DNA of 64,000 bases. It comes from Pseudomonadales bacterium. Its GTDB lineage: Bacteria > Patescibacteriota > Microgenomatia > UBA1400 > PJMF01. Location of the stretch: contig JACKFW010000001.1 in NCBI GenBank assembly GCA_020632265.1, positions 855,272 to 919,271 on the forward strand. Reading direction: 5' to 3'. Positions 8,463-17,520 of the stretch are shown in pieces. The notes under the pieces are model-generated. The model searched no databases, had not been told where the DNA came from, and worked only from the letters and a program-made list of their open reading frames with translations. The stretch's first letter is position 1; each line of letters begins with the position of its first letter. The translations under genes and the position numbers were made by a program.

Positions 8463-9011
8463 TTAAAAAAGCTCCAAAAGAGTGGGATCAATCTCTTCGT
8501 ATTTATTATTTGAAAGCTCTTTGTATACAGGAAGATTATATTCTAAAGAATAGTCTGTAAATAATATTCCATCAAGATGATCTATTTCATGTTGAAACAC
8601 TCTTGCATAAAAATTTTCTAATCTTACCTTTTTTTCAGAAAACTTATCTCCATCTATATATTGATACTCGATATCTACCCAAGTATGCCTAGGAATAGGA
8701 CCATAAAGTTCTGGCATTGAAAGACAACCCTCAAGTATGGGGTCATTTTCGTCAGGTCCAAAAGTAAGTTGATTACTTTTTTTAACGATTCTGGGATTAA
8801 TATACGATTGAATTTTATCTATATTTATTGTAAAAATTCTCCAAAGTTTATCAACTTGAGGAGCTGCGAGGCCAACGCCGCGAGGATTTCTTTTACTATT
8901 GAGAGTTTTTTCGAGTTCTGAAATAAAGGACTTTAGCTTTTTATCAACATGAGTGACGAGCCTTGCCTCTTTTCTTAAAGTTGGATGTGGAATAATAATT
9001 ATCTCTTTCAC
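8463..9011 (-). CDS. def: peptide deformylase
   Basis: Three PDF motifs: GVGLAAPQV, EGCLS and HEIDHLDG. Confidence 0.85.
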   Translation of the reverse strand: MKEIIIIPHPTLRKEARLVTHVDKKLKSFISELEKTLNSKRNPRGVGLAAPQVDKLWRIFTINIDKIQSYINPRIVKKSNQLTFGPDENDPILEGCLSMPELYGPIPRHTWVDIEYQYIDGDKFSEKKVRLENFYARVFQHEIDHLDGILFTDYSLEYNLPVYKELSNNKYEEIDPTLLELF

Positions 9012-9018
9012 TTGATTA

Positions 9019-11193
9019 TTATAACATTTCTAACTCAAGAATTTTATTTTGAGCCTCAGTATTATTTGGAGTGATATTTTCGAGAATATATTCTAGCTCA
9101 TTAATTGCTTTTTGAGTCTCACCATTTTCTTCGTACATTGTAGCCAATCTCCATCTTGCTCTCTCATAATTTGGCTTAAGCTGCAAGGCCTTTTCTAACA
9201 ATTTTTGACCTTCTTCTTGATTGCCAGTACTTAAGTTAATTACTGCTTGAGTGTAGTAAAGCTTGGGGTCTGTAGGTGACAATTTAATTGCTTGTTCGAG
9301 AGTATTTTGAGCATCTACCAAAAATTTTTCATCAAGTTGAGCAAGAGTGACAAACATTCTTGATCTAGTTTTATAAAAATTTAAATGCCTGTTATTAAGC
9401 TTCATGGCTTCGTCACTAAGTCTGATTGCTTCGTTTACAAGTGCTGCTGATGAGGTGGCTTGATCTATTTTTGCTAATTCAATGGCTAAGGTTGCATAAT
9501 TATCCGAGAGGGTATCATAATAAAGTGCTTCTCGAGGTGATTTTTTAATTGCTTCAATTTGTTTTTCAATTCCTAGATTAAATTCTCCTGATAAAAAGTA
9601 TGTTTTTCCTTGAGAATATAATTTATCAGCATCCCAGTAATTGTAAATTTTAATAATAATTATCATTAAGGCAATTCCAAGTATGCTTAAAAGCACATAT
9701 TGATCTGTTCCATTTATGGCATTGATTTTTGTGTTATTTGTTTTTTTGGAATTTATTTTTTTGGTTGCTATGCTTGAAAGGTTTTTTGGAGATTGATAGT
9801 TAATAATTACAAATATTCCAAAGAATATATAGGTTAAAACATTAACGGTAACAGTAGAAAAGCCAAAAAAGTTTGAAACAAATAGTCCAGTGATTCCAGC
9901 TAGAATTGCTATTGAAACCAATTTAATACTACTATCTTTGTTTGAGAGGATTGTTTTTAAAACTAATATTCCGAAAATGATCAAGATTAATAAGTAAGTG
10001 GCTAGACCAAAAAAACCTGAGTTTGCTAGGAGATTAATTAATTCATTGTGGGCTTTGTTATATAAAAAATCCCACTCAGAAACATCGTTGTGCTCTCTGG
10101 GTCTATCTAGATAGTAACTATAAGCGAAAGTTTCAACTCCCGATCCAATAATTGGGTATCTTTTCCAAATATTTAGTCCACCCTCCCAAACTATTTTTCT
10201 AATTTCTCCAGAATCTGTTCCACCAATCTCAAGTCTATTAGTAAGTTCTGGGCTAATTTCTGTAGATTCAGTATTATTGCTTTTGTCATCATTTTTGATC
10301 AGCAAATCATTAATTGATGGACTAAGTACGGTTCCAAATATTCCAGAAAGTAATATTAAAGAGGAGAGTATTATGACAACAAATTTGAAGTCTATGTTGA
10401 AATTTGATATTTTCTTATTCTTGATATAAATCAAAATAAATCCAACAAATAATGTTATTAATCCAATCACTAAGCCAATCATTCCAGACCTAGATCTGGT
10501 GAAAATTAATACTGCGAAAAGTAATATAGTTGATAGAGAAAAGAATAACTTTTGCATCAACTTATACTTATTCTGAATTGCTAGAATTCCACTAAGAGGC
10601 AAAAGAGTGATAACATATGCGGCCAACCAGTTTGGTTGTCCAAATGTTGCGAAAACTCTAGTTTTGACGTCCTGTTTCCAGCAACTAGCACTAAAATCTT
10701 TCAATCCTGGCGCAAATAAGCAACTAATTGAGTGACCAAAGTGTTCTAAAATTCCGTAAATTGATACTAAAATTCCAGATGTAAATGTGCTAACTAACAA
10801 TCCTGGCAAATCCTTTTTTTTGACATTGCTTATAAATGCATAATATAGAAGTATGTAGCAGATCATCGAAAGTAAGCCACCATTAAATCTAGAGTAATAG
10901 CCCAGCAATGAAGTTCTTGGGTGAATCGAAAAGATTGTTGAAATAAGTTGGGATACTATAAATAAGATTAAAGGAATATCAAGAGGAGTCTTTTTGATAA
11001 TAATTCTTTTTTCTTGAATCATTCTTAGCAACCAACCAGAAACAATTAAAGTGGTCATTAAATAGACCAAGATCATTTTATTGAATTCAAATAATTCTTC
11101 ATTGATGACGCGAAAGTAAAGAGGTACAGCCAAGAGTAGAAAATTAAATAAGCTTACGATGATATTTCTACTCTGAATTTTCTTTTGGTTCAT
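9019..11193 (-). CDS. polytopic membrane protein with an O-antigen-ligase/Wzy-like domain and a C-terminal TPR repeat region
   Basis: At least 10 predicted TM helices in the N-terminal 470 aa. The C-terminal 250 aa carry TPR-like repeats (..AIKLSPTDPKLYYTQAV.., ..ALQLKPNYERARWRLATMY..). Confidence 0.55.
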   Translation of the reverse strand: MNQKKIQSRNIIVSLFNFLLLAVPLYFRVINEELFEFNKMILVYLMTTLIVSGWLLRMIQEKRIIIKKTPLDIPLILFIVSQLISTIFSIHPRTSLLGYYSRFNGGLLSMICYILLYYAFISNVKKKDLPGLLVSTFTSGILVSIYGILEHFGHSISCLFAPGLKDFSASCWKQDVKTRVFATFGQPNWLAAYVITLLPLSGILAIQNKYKLMQKLFFSLSTILLFAVLIFTRSRSGMIGLVIGLITLFVGFILIYIKNKKISNFNIDFKFVVIILSSLILLSGIFGTVLSPSINDLLIKNDDKSNNTESTEISPELTNRLEIGGTDSGEIRKIVWEGGLNIWKRYPIIGSGVETFAYSYYLDRPREHNDVSEWDFLYNKAHNELINLLANSGFFGLATYLLILIIFGILVLKTILSNKDSSIKLVSIAILAGITGLFVSNFFGFSTVTVNVLTYIFFGIFVIINYQSPKNLSSIATKKINSKKTNNTKINAINGTDQYVLLSILGIALMIIIIKIYNYWDADKLYSQGKTYFLSGEFNLGIEKQIEAIKKSPREALYYDTLSDNYATLAIELAKIDQATSSAALVNEAIRLSDEAMKLNNRHLNFYKTRSRMFVTLAQLDEKFLVDAQNTLEQAIKLSPTDPKLYYTQAVINLSTGNQEEGQKLLEKALQLKPNYERARWRLATMYEENGETQKAINELEYILENITPNNTEAQNKILELEML

Positions 11194-11270
11194 AAGTATT
11201 CCTAATAATATCAGAAATTTGAGTATTCCAACCTATTGTAAATTACTGCTATAATTATTATAATCAAAAT

Positions 11271-11873
11271 ATGAATGATAATCCTAACTACAACGATCAA
11301 AATCAACAGGTTTCAGATTCCTACGTTGATAACTATACTCCTCCAAGAACCATGAGCGTGAGCGATCCTCATGATCCAGCTGAAAATCCACAGCCGGTTG
11401 CGTCAAATGATCAGAAAGTGAGTGAGGCACTAGGGGATCAAAACATATTTTCTATGCTTGGGGTGGACGATGGCAATGAAGAATTAAGGGAAAACTTTTT
11501 AAATGAGCTTCAAACTGTAATTTGGGATGACTTTTTGGAAAATGATGTCAATTTATTATTAACTTCCCAAGAAAAAGATAAGTTTGATGATTTAATGGCC
11601 AAAAGAGAAGAAGTTATTAATGACAGTAAAAGTGATGAAATTGAGGATGAGCTAATTGAGTATCTAGAAACTCTTATTCCAGATTTAGAAGAAATTATGT
11701 TGGAGAAGGCACTTGATCTGAAAGCAGATCTATTTGTTGAAAGATTGAATGGAATGAGAGATTTTAATGCAAACAACTCTCAGAATTTGATCATTATCGA
11801 TAATGTTGAGAAATTGATGACTGAAGAAAAGTGGCATTCAGCAGCTGAACTACTTAACTCAATAAATTCGTAA
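11271..11873 (+). CDS. hypothetical acidic protein (D/E-rich)
   Basis: Intact 200-aa ORF directly upstream of mreB. Low-complexity acidic composition. Confidence 0.35.
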   Translation: MNDNPNYNDQNQQVSDSYVDNYTPPRTMSVSDPHDPAENPQPVASNDQKVSEALGDQNIFSMLGVDDGNEELRENFLNELQTVIWDDFLENDVNLLLTSQEKDKFDDLMAKREEVINDSKSDEIEDELIEYLETLIPDLEEIMLEKALDLKADLFVERLNGMRDFNANNSQNLIIIDNVEKLMTEEKWHSAAELLNSINS

Positions 11874-11916
11874 GGATTGCATTTTTATTTTTCTGGAAGT
11901 CTTATATACTAAGCCC

Positions 11917-12930
11917 ATGAATGCCATGGATTTTAACATTAGAAATCTTTTTTCTAAAAAATCAAACACAAGAGAGTTGTTTTTGGATGTTGGATCTTCA
12001 AATACCAGAATATATTTGAATGATAAAGAAATTTTTTGTGAACCTACATGCATTGCCTATCATAAGAACACCGAATCGGTTGTAAGTGTGGGCAAAAAAG
12101 CCTTAATGTTATTAGGTAAAGCTCCAAAATCAATTGAGGTGGCATTTCCAGTTCAACATGGTGCAGTTTCCAATACTAAATACCTTGAATTATATTTAAA
12201 GACTATTTTAGATGATTTATTAATAGACCTTAAGTTCAGAAGATTAATTTTTGGATTAAGTGGTAAGTTTGCTGTGATGAGCACTTTATCTCCAGCAAAA
12301 AAAAAGCTGACCAAAAACTTACTGAAAAAGGTTGGTTTTTCGAAAATTGATCTAGTTGATAGTTCCTACTTAGCTGCTTTATCAGTTTCAAGTGGAGATA
12401 AAAAACAGCTCAACAATATTTGCATTATTGATTTTGGTGCGCAAAAAACTGAAATTGCAGTTTTTTCTATGGGAGAACTAGTTAGCTCCAAAAGCTTTAA
12501 GCGCGGTGGCATTCAATTAACTGAAATATTGCAAAAAGTTTCAAGAGTGAAACATAAATGCGTTGTTGGTTGGCATTTGGCTGAAGAAGCCAAAAAACAA
12601 GTAGGAGCAGTTGATAGTTCCAGAAACAAGTTTGCTTTGCGAGGAAAAGACATTGTGAGTCAAGCCAGTAAAACTGTGGTATTTAGTTCTGACGATGTTA
12701 GAGAAGAGTTTAGCGAATTCATTAATGATTTGTTGGATAATATTCAATATTTTATTTCAACTCTTCCATCTGAAACAGCAATAAGTGTTTTAGATAAAGG
12801 AATTTTCTTGACTGGAGGAGCTAGTTTATTAAGTGGTCTAGATGTCGCTATTATTAAAAGATTGAAATGTGACGTGTTCTTATCGACGAATCCAAAAAGG
12901 GATATTTTGAATGGCTTACTACTATTATGA
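11917..12930 (+). CDS. mreB: rod-shape-determining actin homolog MreB (divergent)
   Basis: Actin-fold phosphate-1 motif LFLDVGSSNTRIY, and EPTCIAY...VSVGKKALMLLGKAPKSIEVAFPVQHGAVSN parallels the MreB N-terminal region. Followed by mreC and mreD. Confidence 0.7.
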   Translation: MNAMDFNIRNLFSKKSNTRELFLDVGSSNTRIYLNDKEIFCEPTCIAYHKNTESVVSVGKKALMLLGKAPKSIEVAFPVQHGAVSNTKYLELYLKTILDDLLIDLKFRRLIFGLSGKFAVMSTLSPAKKKLTKNLLKKVGFSKIDLVDSSYLAALSVSSGDKKQLNNICIIDFGAQKTEIAVFSMGELVSSKSFKRGGIQLTEILQKVSRVKHKCVVGWHLAEEAKKQVGAVDSSRNKFALRGKDIVSQASKTVVFSSDDVREEFSEFINDLLDNIQYFISTLPSETAISVLDKGIFLTGGASLLSGLDVAIIKRLKCDVFLSTNPKRDILNGLLLL

Positions 12931-13709
12931 AATCTCAATCCTTGAGCAACAAAAAAAATTTATTTGAATTAATATCTTTAATTATATTAGTATTTATGTT
13001 TTCTCTTTTTGAATATGTGGGATGGTTTGAAAGTCTGAAAAATTATGTTGAAAAGTTAGTTATTCCGATTTATCAGGTAGAGATTTCAATACTTCAAAAA
13101 GCAAAAACACCATATAATTTTATTTTGTTTTCACTGAGTAAATTCAAATATATGAAACAAATTGAAACACGCTATGTTCTAGCCTTATCTGAACTTAGTG
13201 AATTAGACAAGTTGAGAGAGGAAAACAATGAACTAAGAAAGCTAGTTGAAAATAGAGATATTTTAATTGAAAAAACTATAATAACTGCTCCGATTGTGTC
13301 CTTAGCATATCCGGCAGTGGGAGTTGGTAGTGTTCATGGTGTAGAAATTAATAATATGGTTTTGTTTAACGGAATGTTAATTGGAACAATAGGAGAGGTT
13401 GATAATTATCAATCTAAAGTGTTGTTGCTTTCAAAGTCAAGAAAAAATAAGGTTTTGGCCAAAACTGAATCTGGAGTTGAAGGTGTCGTCGATGGAGATG
13501 GCAAGAATATTTTGATGACTCAGATACCCAACAATGCTGAGTTGGTTGATGGTGAAAGAGTCGTGGCAATTGGTCAAGAAGGCATTGCTAGAAATACTTT
13601 TATTGGTATTTTAAAAGTAATTGAGAATAATCCTTCTTCACCTACAAAAACAGCAATTATTAAACAGAATGTGTCTTTTTATGACGTAGTTTTGTTGGAG
13701 GTAAAATAG
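12927..13709 (+). CDS. mreC: rod-shape-determining protein MreC
   Basis: N-terminal TM, then a coiled coil (LSELDKLREENNELRKLVENRD), then a beta-rich C-terminal domain. Sits between mreB and mreD. Confidence 0.6.
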   Translation: MKSQSLSNKKNLFELISLIILVFMFSLFEYVGWFESLKNYVEKLVIPIYQVEISILQKAKTPYNFILFSLSKFKYMKQIETRYVLALSELSELDKLREENNELRKLVENRDILIEKTIITAPIVSLAYPAVGVGSVHGVEINNMVLFNGMLIGTIGEVDNYQSKVLLLSKSRKNKVLAKTESGVEGVVDGDGKNILMTQIPNNAELVDGERVVAIGQEGIARNTFIGILKVIENNPSSPTKTAIIKQNVSFYDVVLLEVK

Positions 13710-14182
13710 TGATAATTATAAGAAATTTTATATTATTCATTTTTAAAATTTTAATTTTATTACTTGTAGTAACTTTTGAAAAAATAGTAGGTCTCCCAGT
13801 AATATTTATAACTCTACAATTAGTATTTTATCTTAATGAAAACAGTTTTTATAAGTATCTCTATCTTATATTGTCGGCAATATTCTTAGGTTTGGTCTAT
13901 GAAATATCATTTTCTATTTCATTATTTTTAATTATTTGCATAATTTTGGCAATTAATTATGGTGCAAACTTTATTAGAAATGATATCTATAGAGTCTTGG
14001 TTTTAATCTATGGTTTGATTGTAGTTATTGCAATGATGTCTAAAATTGTTCTCAGTTTTAGTGTGATTGGATATTTTGTTATCAGTGTATTTTTAATGAT
14101 TTTAATTTTAATGAGAACTCTTTTTTCAAGACATGGTCTGGCGGAAAAAATAGCTGGAAAAAGAAGCAATTTTTTTAGGTAG
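13709..14182 (+). CDS. mreD: rod-shape-determining protein MreD (small polytopic membrane protein)
   Basis: About 5 TM helices, size 157 aa, and position between mreC and PBP2. Confidence 0.5.
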   Translation: MIIIRNFILFIFKILILLLVVTFEKIVGLPVIFITLQLVFYLNENSFYKYLYLILSAIFLGLVYEISFSISLFLIICIILAINYGANFIRNDIYRVLVLIYGLIVVIAMMSKIVLSFSVIGYFVISVFLMILILMRTLFSRHGLAEKIAGKRSNFFR

Positions 14183-14188
14183 TGACTT

Positions 14189-16129
14189 ATGAATACTAAA
14201 TTTGAATATCGAAACAAGTCATTAATTCTTATTGGTTTGATAATGTTTGTATTTTCAATGCTTTTTTTAAGGTTAGTTGATATTCAGCTTATCAATGGAT
14301 CTATTTTTGAAAAACTTGCTTTTGATAATAAGACTTATAGAATTGTTTCTCCAGAAGAAAGAGGCGTGTTTCTTGATAGATATAGTCAACCACTCGTTTT
14401 TAATAAACCAATCTATTATAAAGTCAATTCTGGTGATTCCTTATATAGCGATGAAACTAGAATTTCTCATGACGAAGCACTCCAAATAATGGCGCAAGAT
14501 TCAGATCTGATTCGAATGAAGTTGGAGAGAATGTATCTTTATCCAAAATCATTGTCTCAAGTTCTTGGATATGTTGGCAGTGTAAGTACTCAAGATTTGA
14601 TAAATGATTCAGGGCTAGGAATTAGTGATAAGATTGGAAAGTTTGGACTAGAAAAAGAGTACCAAAATTATTTAAGAGGTAACAAAGGTTCAAAAGTATA
14701 TGAAATTAACGCAATGGGTGAAAAGCAACATCTGATAGCTGAAGAAGCTGGAACTTCAGGAATGAATGTTCCAACCACAATTGATCCTCAACTTTCTCAA
14801 GTTGCTTTGAGAGCTATGGGGGATAATAAAGGCTCAGTTTTAATATTAGATGCTTCAAATTCAGAGGTGCTGACTTTAATTAGTACGCCATCTTTTGATA
14901 GCTCGATACTAAGTGAAACTTTTAAAAGTGATGAAGAGGAAAGAAAAAGAGCAATTGCTATTCAAGATTCTTTTTCTAATCCACAAAACTTATTTTTTAA
15001 TCGAGCAGTGAGCGGATTATATCCACCGGGATCGATATTCAAACTAATAACTGCTCTTGCAGGATTGGAAGGGAAAAAGATTGATGAATCTACATCTGTT
15101 TTAGATGAAGGAATATTAAAAGTTGGAGATTATTCTTACTCTAACTGGTACTTTACTCAATTTGGTGGCAAGGAAGGAGAAATTAGTTTGATCGAAGCAA
15201 TTTCCAGAAGCAATGACATATACTTTTACAAGGTTGCGGAATGGGTGGGTCCAACAAAGTTGAAAGAAATGGCGTCGCTTTTTTCATTGGGTGAACAAAC
15301 TGGTATTCAGTTACAGGCAGAGGCGTCTGGTCTTATTCCTGATCCCGAGTGGAAGCAAAGAGTGCTCGCAGAGAGATGGTTTTTGGGTAATACTTATCAT
15401 ATGGGCATAGGCCAGGGAGATATTCTAGTTTCACCAATTCAAATTGCTCAAATGATTCAATCAATAGCAAATAATGGCAATCTTTGCAACGCAACTTTAG
15501 TCAAGAATTCCTTTCAAGAAGGCGGATTGTTTGTAAAAAACAGATGTAGGGAGGTTGGAGTAATGGAAGAAAACATCAATCTATTATTAAGAGGAATGAT
15601 CAATGCGTGTAGTCCAAATGGAACGGCTTTTCCATTTTTCAATCATAATGCTCAAATTCTTGAGGAATTAAATGAATCTATTGATGTTTTAAAACCAAAA
15701 GAGCTCATTGATGCAGGTATGGTAGCTTGTAAAACTGGTACATCTGAATTTGGAGAAACTGATTGGAGAAATTACAGAAAAACTCACGCTTGGTTTGCCT
15801 CAATTATTGGCACAAAAACTTTAATTAAGGATGCGCTAGAAGATCGAAGCAAAAGCGTAAAATTGGTTCAAGGTGAATCAGAGTTGGTAGTTGTCGATAC
15901 AGAAAATTCAGGCGAAATTGAGCAAGATAATGAAAAGAGCGATGACATAAAAGTAAACAGAGATCTTTGGCTAGATGGGGTAGAGAAGTATGGATTTCCT
16001 GAAGAAATTGTTATTGTTGTTTTTATAGAAAGTGATGAAATAAATCCATATAAAGAAGGATCTAAAGATGCAGCTCCTGTGGCTAAAGAAATATTTGATT
16101 GGATTCACAATGGTGATCCAGTTAAATAG
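14189..16129 (+). CDS. mrdA: penicillin-binding protein 2 (class B transpeptidase)
   Basis: SxxK (GSIFK), SxN (SNDIYFY) and KTG (CKTGT) motifs, plus an N-terminal TM anchor. Confidence 0.8.
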   Translation: MNTKFEYRNKSLILIGLIMFVFSMLFLRLVDIQLINGSIFEKLAFDNKTYRIVSPEERGVFLDRYSQPLVFNKPIYYKVNSGDSLYSDETRISHDEALQIMAQDSDLIRMKLERMYLYPKSLSQVLGYVGSVSTQDLINDSGLGISDKIGKFGLEKEYQNYLRGNKGSKVYEINAMGEKQHLIAEEAGTSGMNVPTTIDPQLSQVALRAMGDNKGSVLILDASNSEVLTLISTPSFDSSILSETFKSDEEERKRAIAIQDSFSNPQNLFFNRAVSGLYPPGSIFKLITALAGLEGKKIDESTSVLDEGILKVGDYSYSNWYFTQFGGKEGEISLIEAISRSNDIYFYKVAEWVGPTKLKEMASLFSLGEQTGIQLQAEASGLIPDPEWKQRVLAERWFLGNTYHMGIGQGDILVSPIQIAQMIQSIANNGNLCNATLVKNSFQEGGLFVKNRCREVGVMEENINLLLRGMINACSPNGTAFPFFNHNAQILEELNESIDVLKPKELIDAGMVACKTGTSEFGETDWRNYRKTHAWFASIIGTKTLIKDALEDRSKSVKLVQGESELVVVDTENSGEIEQDNEKSDDIKVNRDLWLDGVEKYGFPEEIVIVVFIESDEINPYKEGSKDAAPVAKEIFDWIHNGDPVK

Positions 16130-16219
16130 GTGGGTTTAGGAATTATTGAACCTCAATAAAATTTTAGAGCTTTTTTATCTACGCTTTTTGCAATGTAGAT
16201 CTATTAGACTTGGCTTGTA

Positions 16220-17440
16220 ATGAAAATTGAAGCCGGACTTAAAAATACTAGTAAAAACTTTACTCTTGAAGATAAAAAATTTGTACTATCATTATTACAA
16301 GTTGAAGGAGTGGGGAGAAAAACTGCAAAAAGAATTATTTTTTTCCTAATTAAACACGAAATGATTTTTAGTTCATTTTGGGTAAATAAAAAAAACATTT
16401 GGCAGAAATGCTATCTTTCAGAAAAATCTATAAAAAGCACTAAAAGTGTTTATAGAGAGCAAAAAAACTGTTCAATATACGATCGATTAATTAAGCAAAA
16501 TATTCGGGTAATAGCATTTTGGGAAAATGAATATCCAATACTACTTAAACATTGTGATGATTTTCCACTAATTTTATTTTTAAAGGGAAATATTAGCTGC
16601 TTGCAAAACGAGTCAATTGCTGTGGTAGGTACGAGAAGAATGACAGAATATGGAATCATGGCTACAAAAAAAATTGTCGAAGAATTAGTTTTAGAGGGGT
16701 TTGCAATTGTTTCTGGGTTTATGTATGGAATAGATTTATGTGCACACCTGGAAACTATTAACAATAATGGACTGACCGTTGCAGTTTTAGGATTTGGTTT
16801 TGATCATATGTACCCCAGAGGAAATCGAAAATATTTTGACCAAATTATTAACCACTCGGGTTGTTTTATAACTGAGTATTTACCAGAAGTTGGGCCAAAT
16901 GTAGGTAATTTTCCTAATAGAAATAGAATTGTAGCTGGCTTATGTAAAGGAGTTATTGTTGTAGAAGCTGGAATTAAGAGTGGCAGTCACATTACAGCAG
17001 AATGTGCGCTTAATGAGGGGAGGGAAGTTTTTGCAGTTCCTGGGCCCATTAACAATCCATTTTCTGAAGGAACTAAGTGGCTAATTAATCAAGGTGCTAT
17101 TATGATTACGTCTGGATATGATGTAGTTTCTCAGTTAAGAGAAAATGCTAGAGGAAATAGGCAGATAAGTAATCAGGGAACAAGTGTTAATGAAGTAAGC
17201 AAGATAAATATAAATAATCAAAAGGTAAGTCAGATAGAAAGGTATTATGTAAATAATGAGGTTGTATTGAGTCAAATTCAGAAATTTATTATTGCAGAAC
17301 TACAAGCAGGAGCAAAATCATTTGATTATTTTACAGAAAAAATTAACAGTAAAACATCAAAGATTATTCAAGAAGTTACATTGTTAGAAATCAATGATAT
17401 CGTTACTGTTGAAGGTAATACTTTGAGTTTAAAATTATGA
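16220..17440 (+). CDS. dprA: DNA-processing protein DprA/Smf
   Basis: N-terminal SAM-like HhH region (VEGVGRKTAKRI) and Rossmann-like DprA core (VVGTRRMTEYG...VVEAGIKSGSHITAECALNEGREVFAVPGPI). Confidence 0.75.
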   Translation: MKIEAGLKNTSKNFTLEDKKFVLSLLQVEGVGRKTAKRIIFFLIKHEMIFSSFWVNKKNIWQKCYLSEKSIKSTKSVYREQKNCSIYDRLIKQNIRVIAFWENEYPILLKHCDDFPLILFLKGNISCLQNESIAVVGTRRMTEYGIMATKKIVEELVLEGFAIVSGFMYGIDLCAHLETINNNGLTVAVLGFGFDHMYPRGNRKYFDQIINHSGCFITEYLPEVGPNVGNFPNRNRIVAGLCKGVIVVEAGIKSGSHITAECALNEGREVFAVPGPINNPFSEGTKWLINQGAIMITSGYDVVSQLRENARGNRQISNQGTSVNEVSKININNQKVSQIERYYVNNEVVLSQIQKFIIAELQAGAKSFDYFTEKINSKTSKIIQEVTLLEINDIVTVEGNTLSLKL

Positions 17441-17520
17441 ATTTATGTTCACTTGCATTATAGTGTTATCATATTCAGATTGAATAAATGAATTATAAAT
17501 TATAAATATTGAGATAAATT

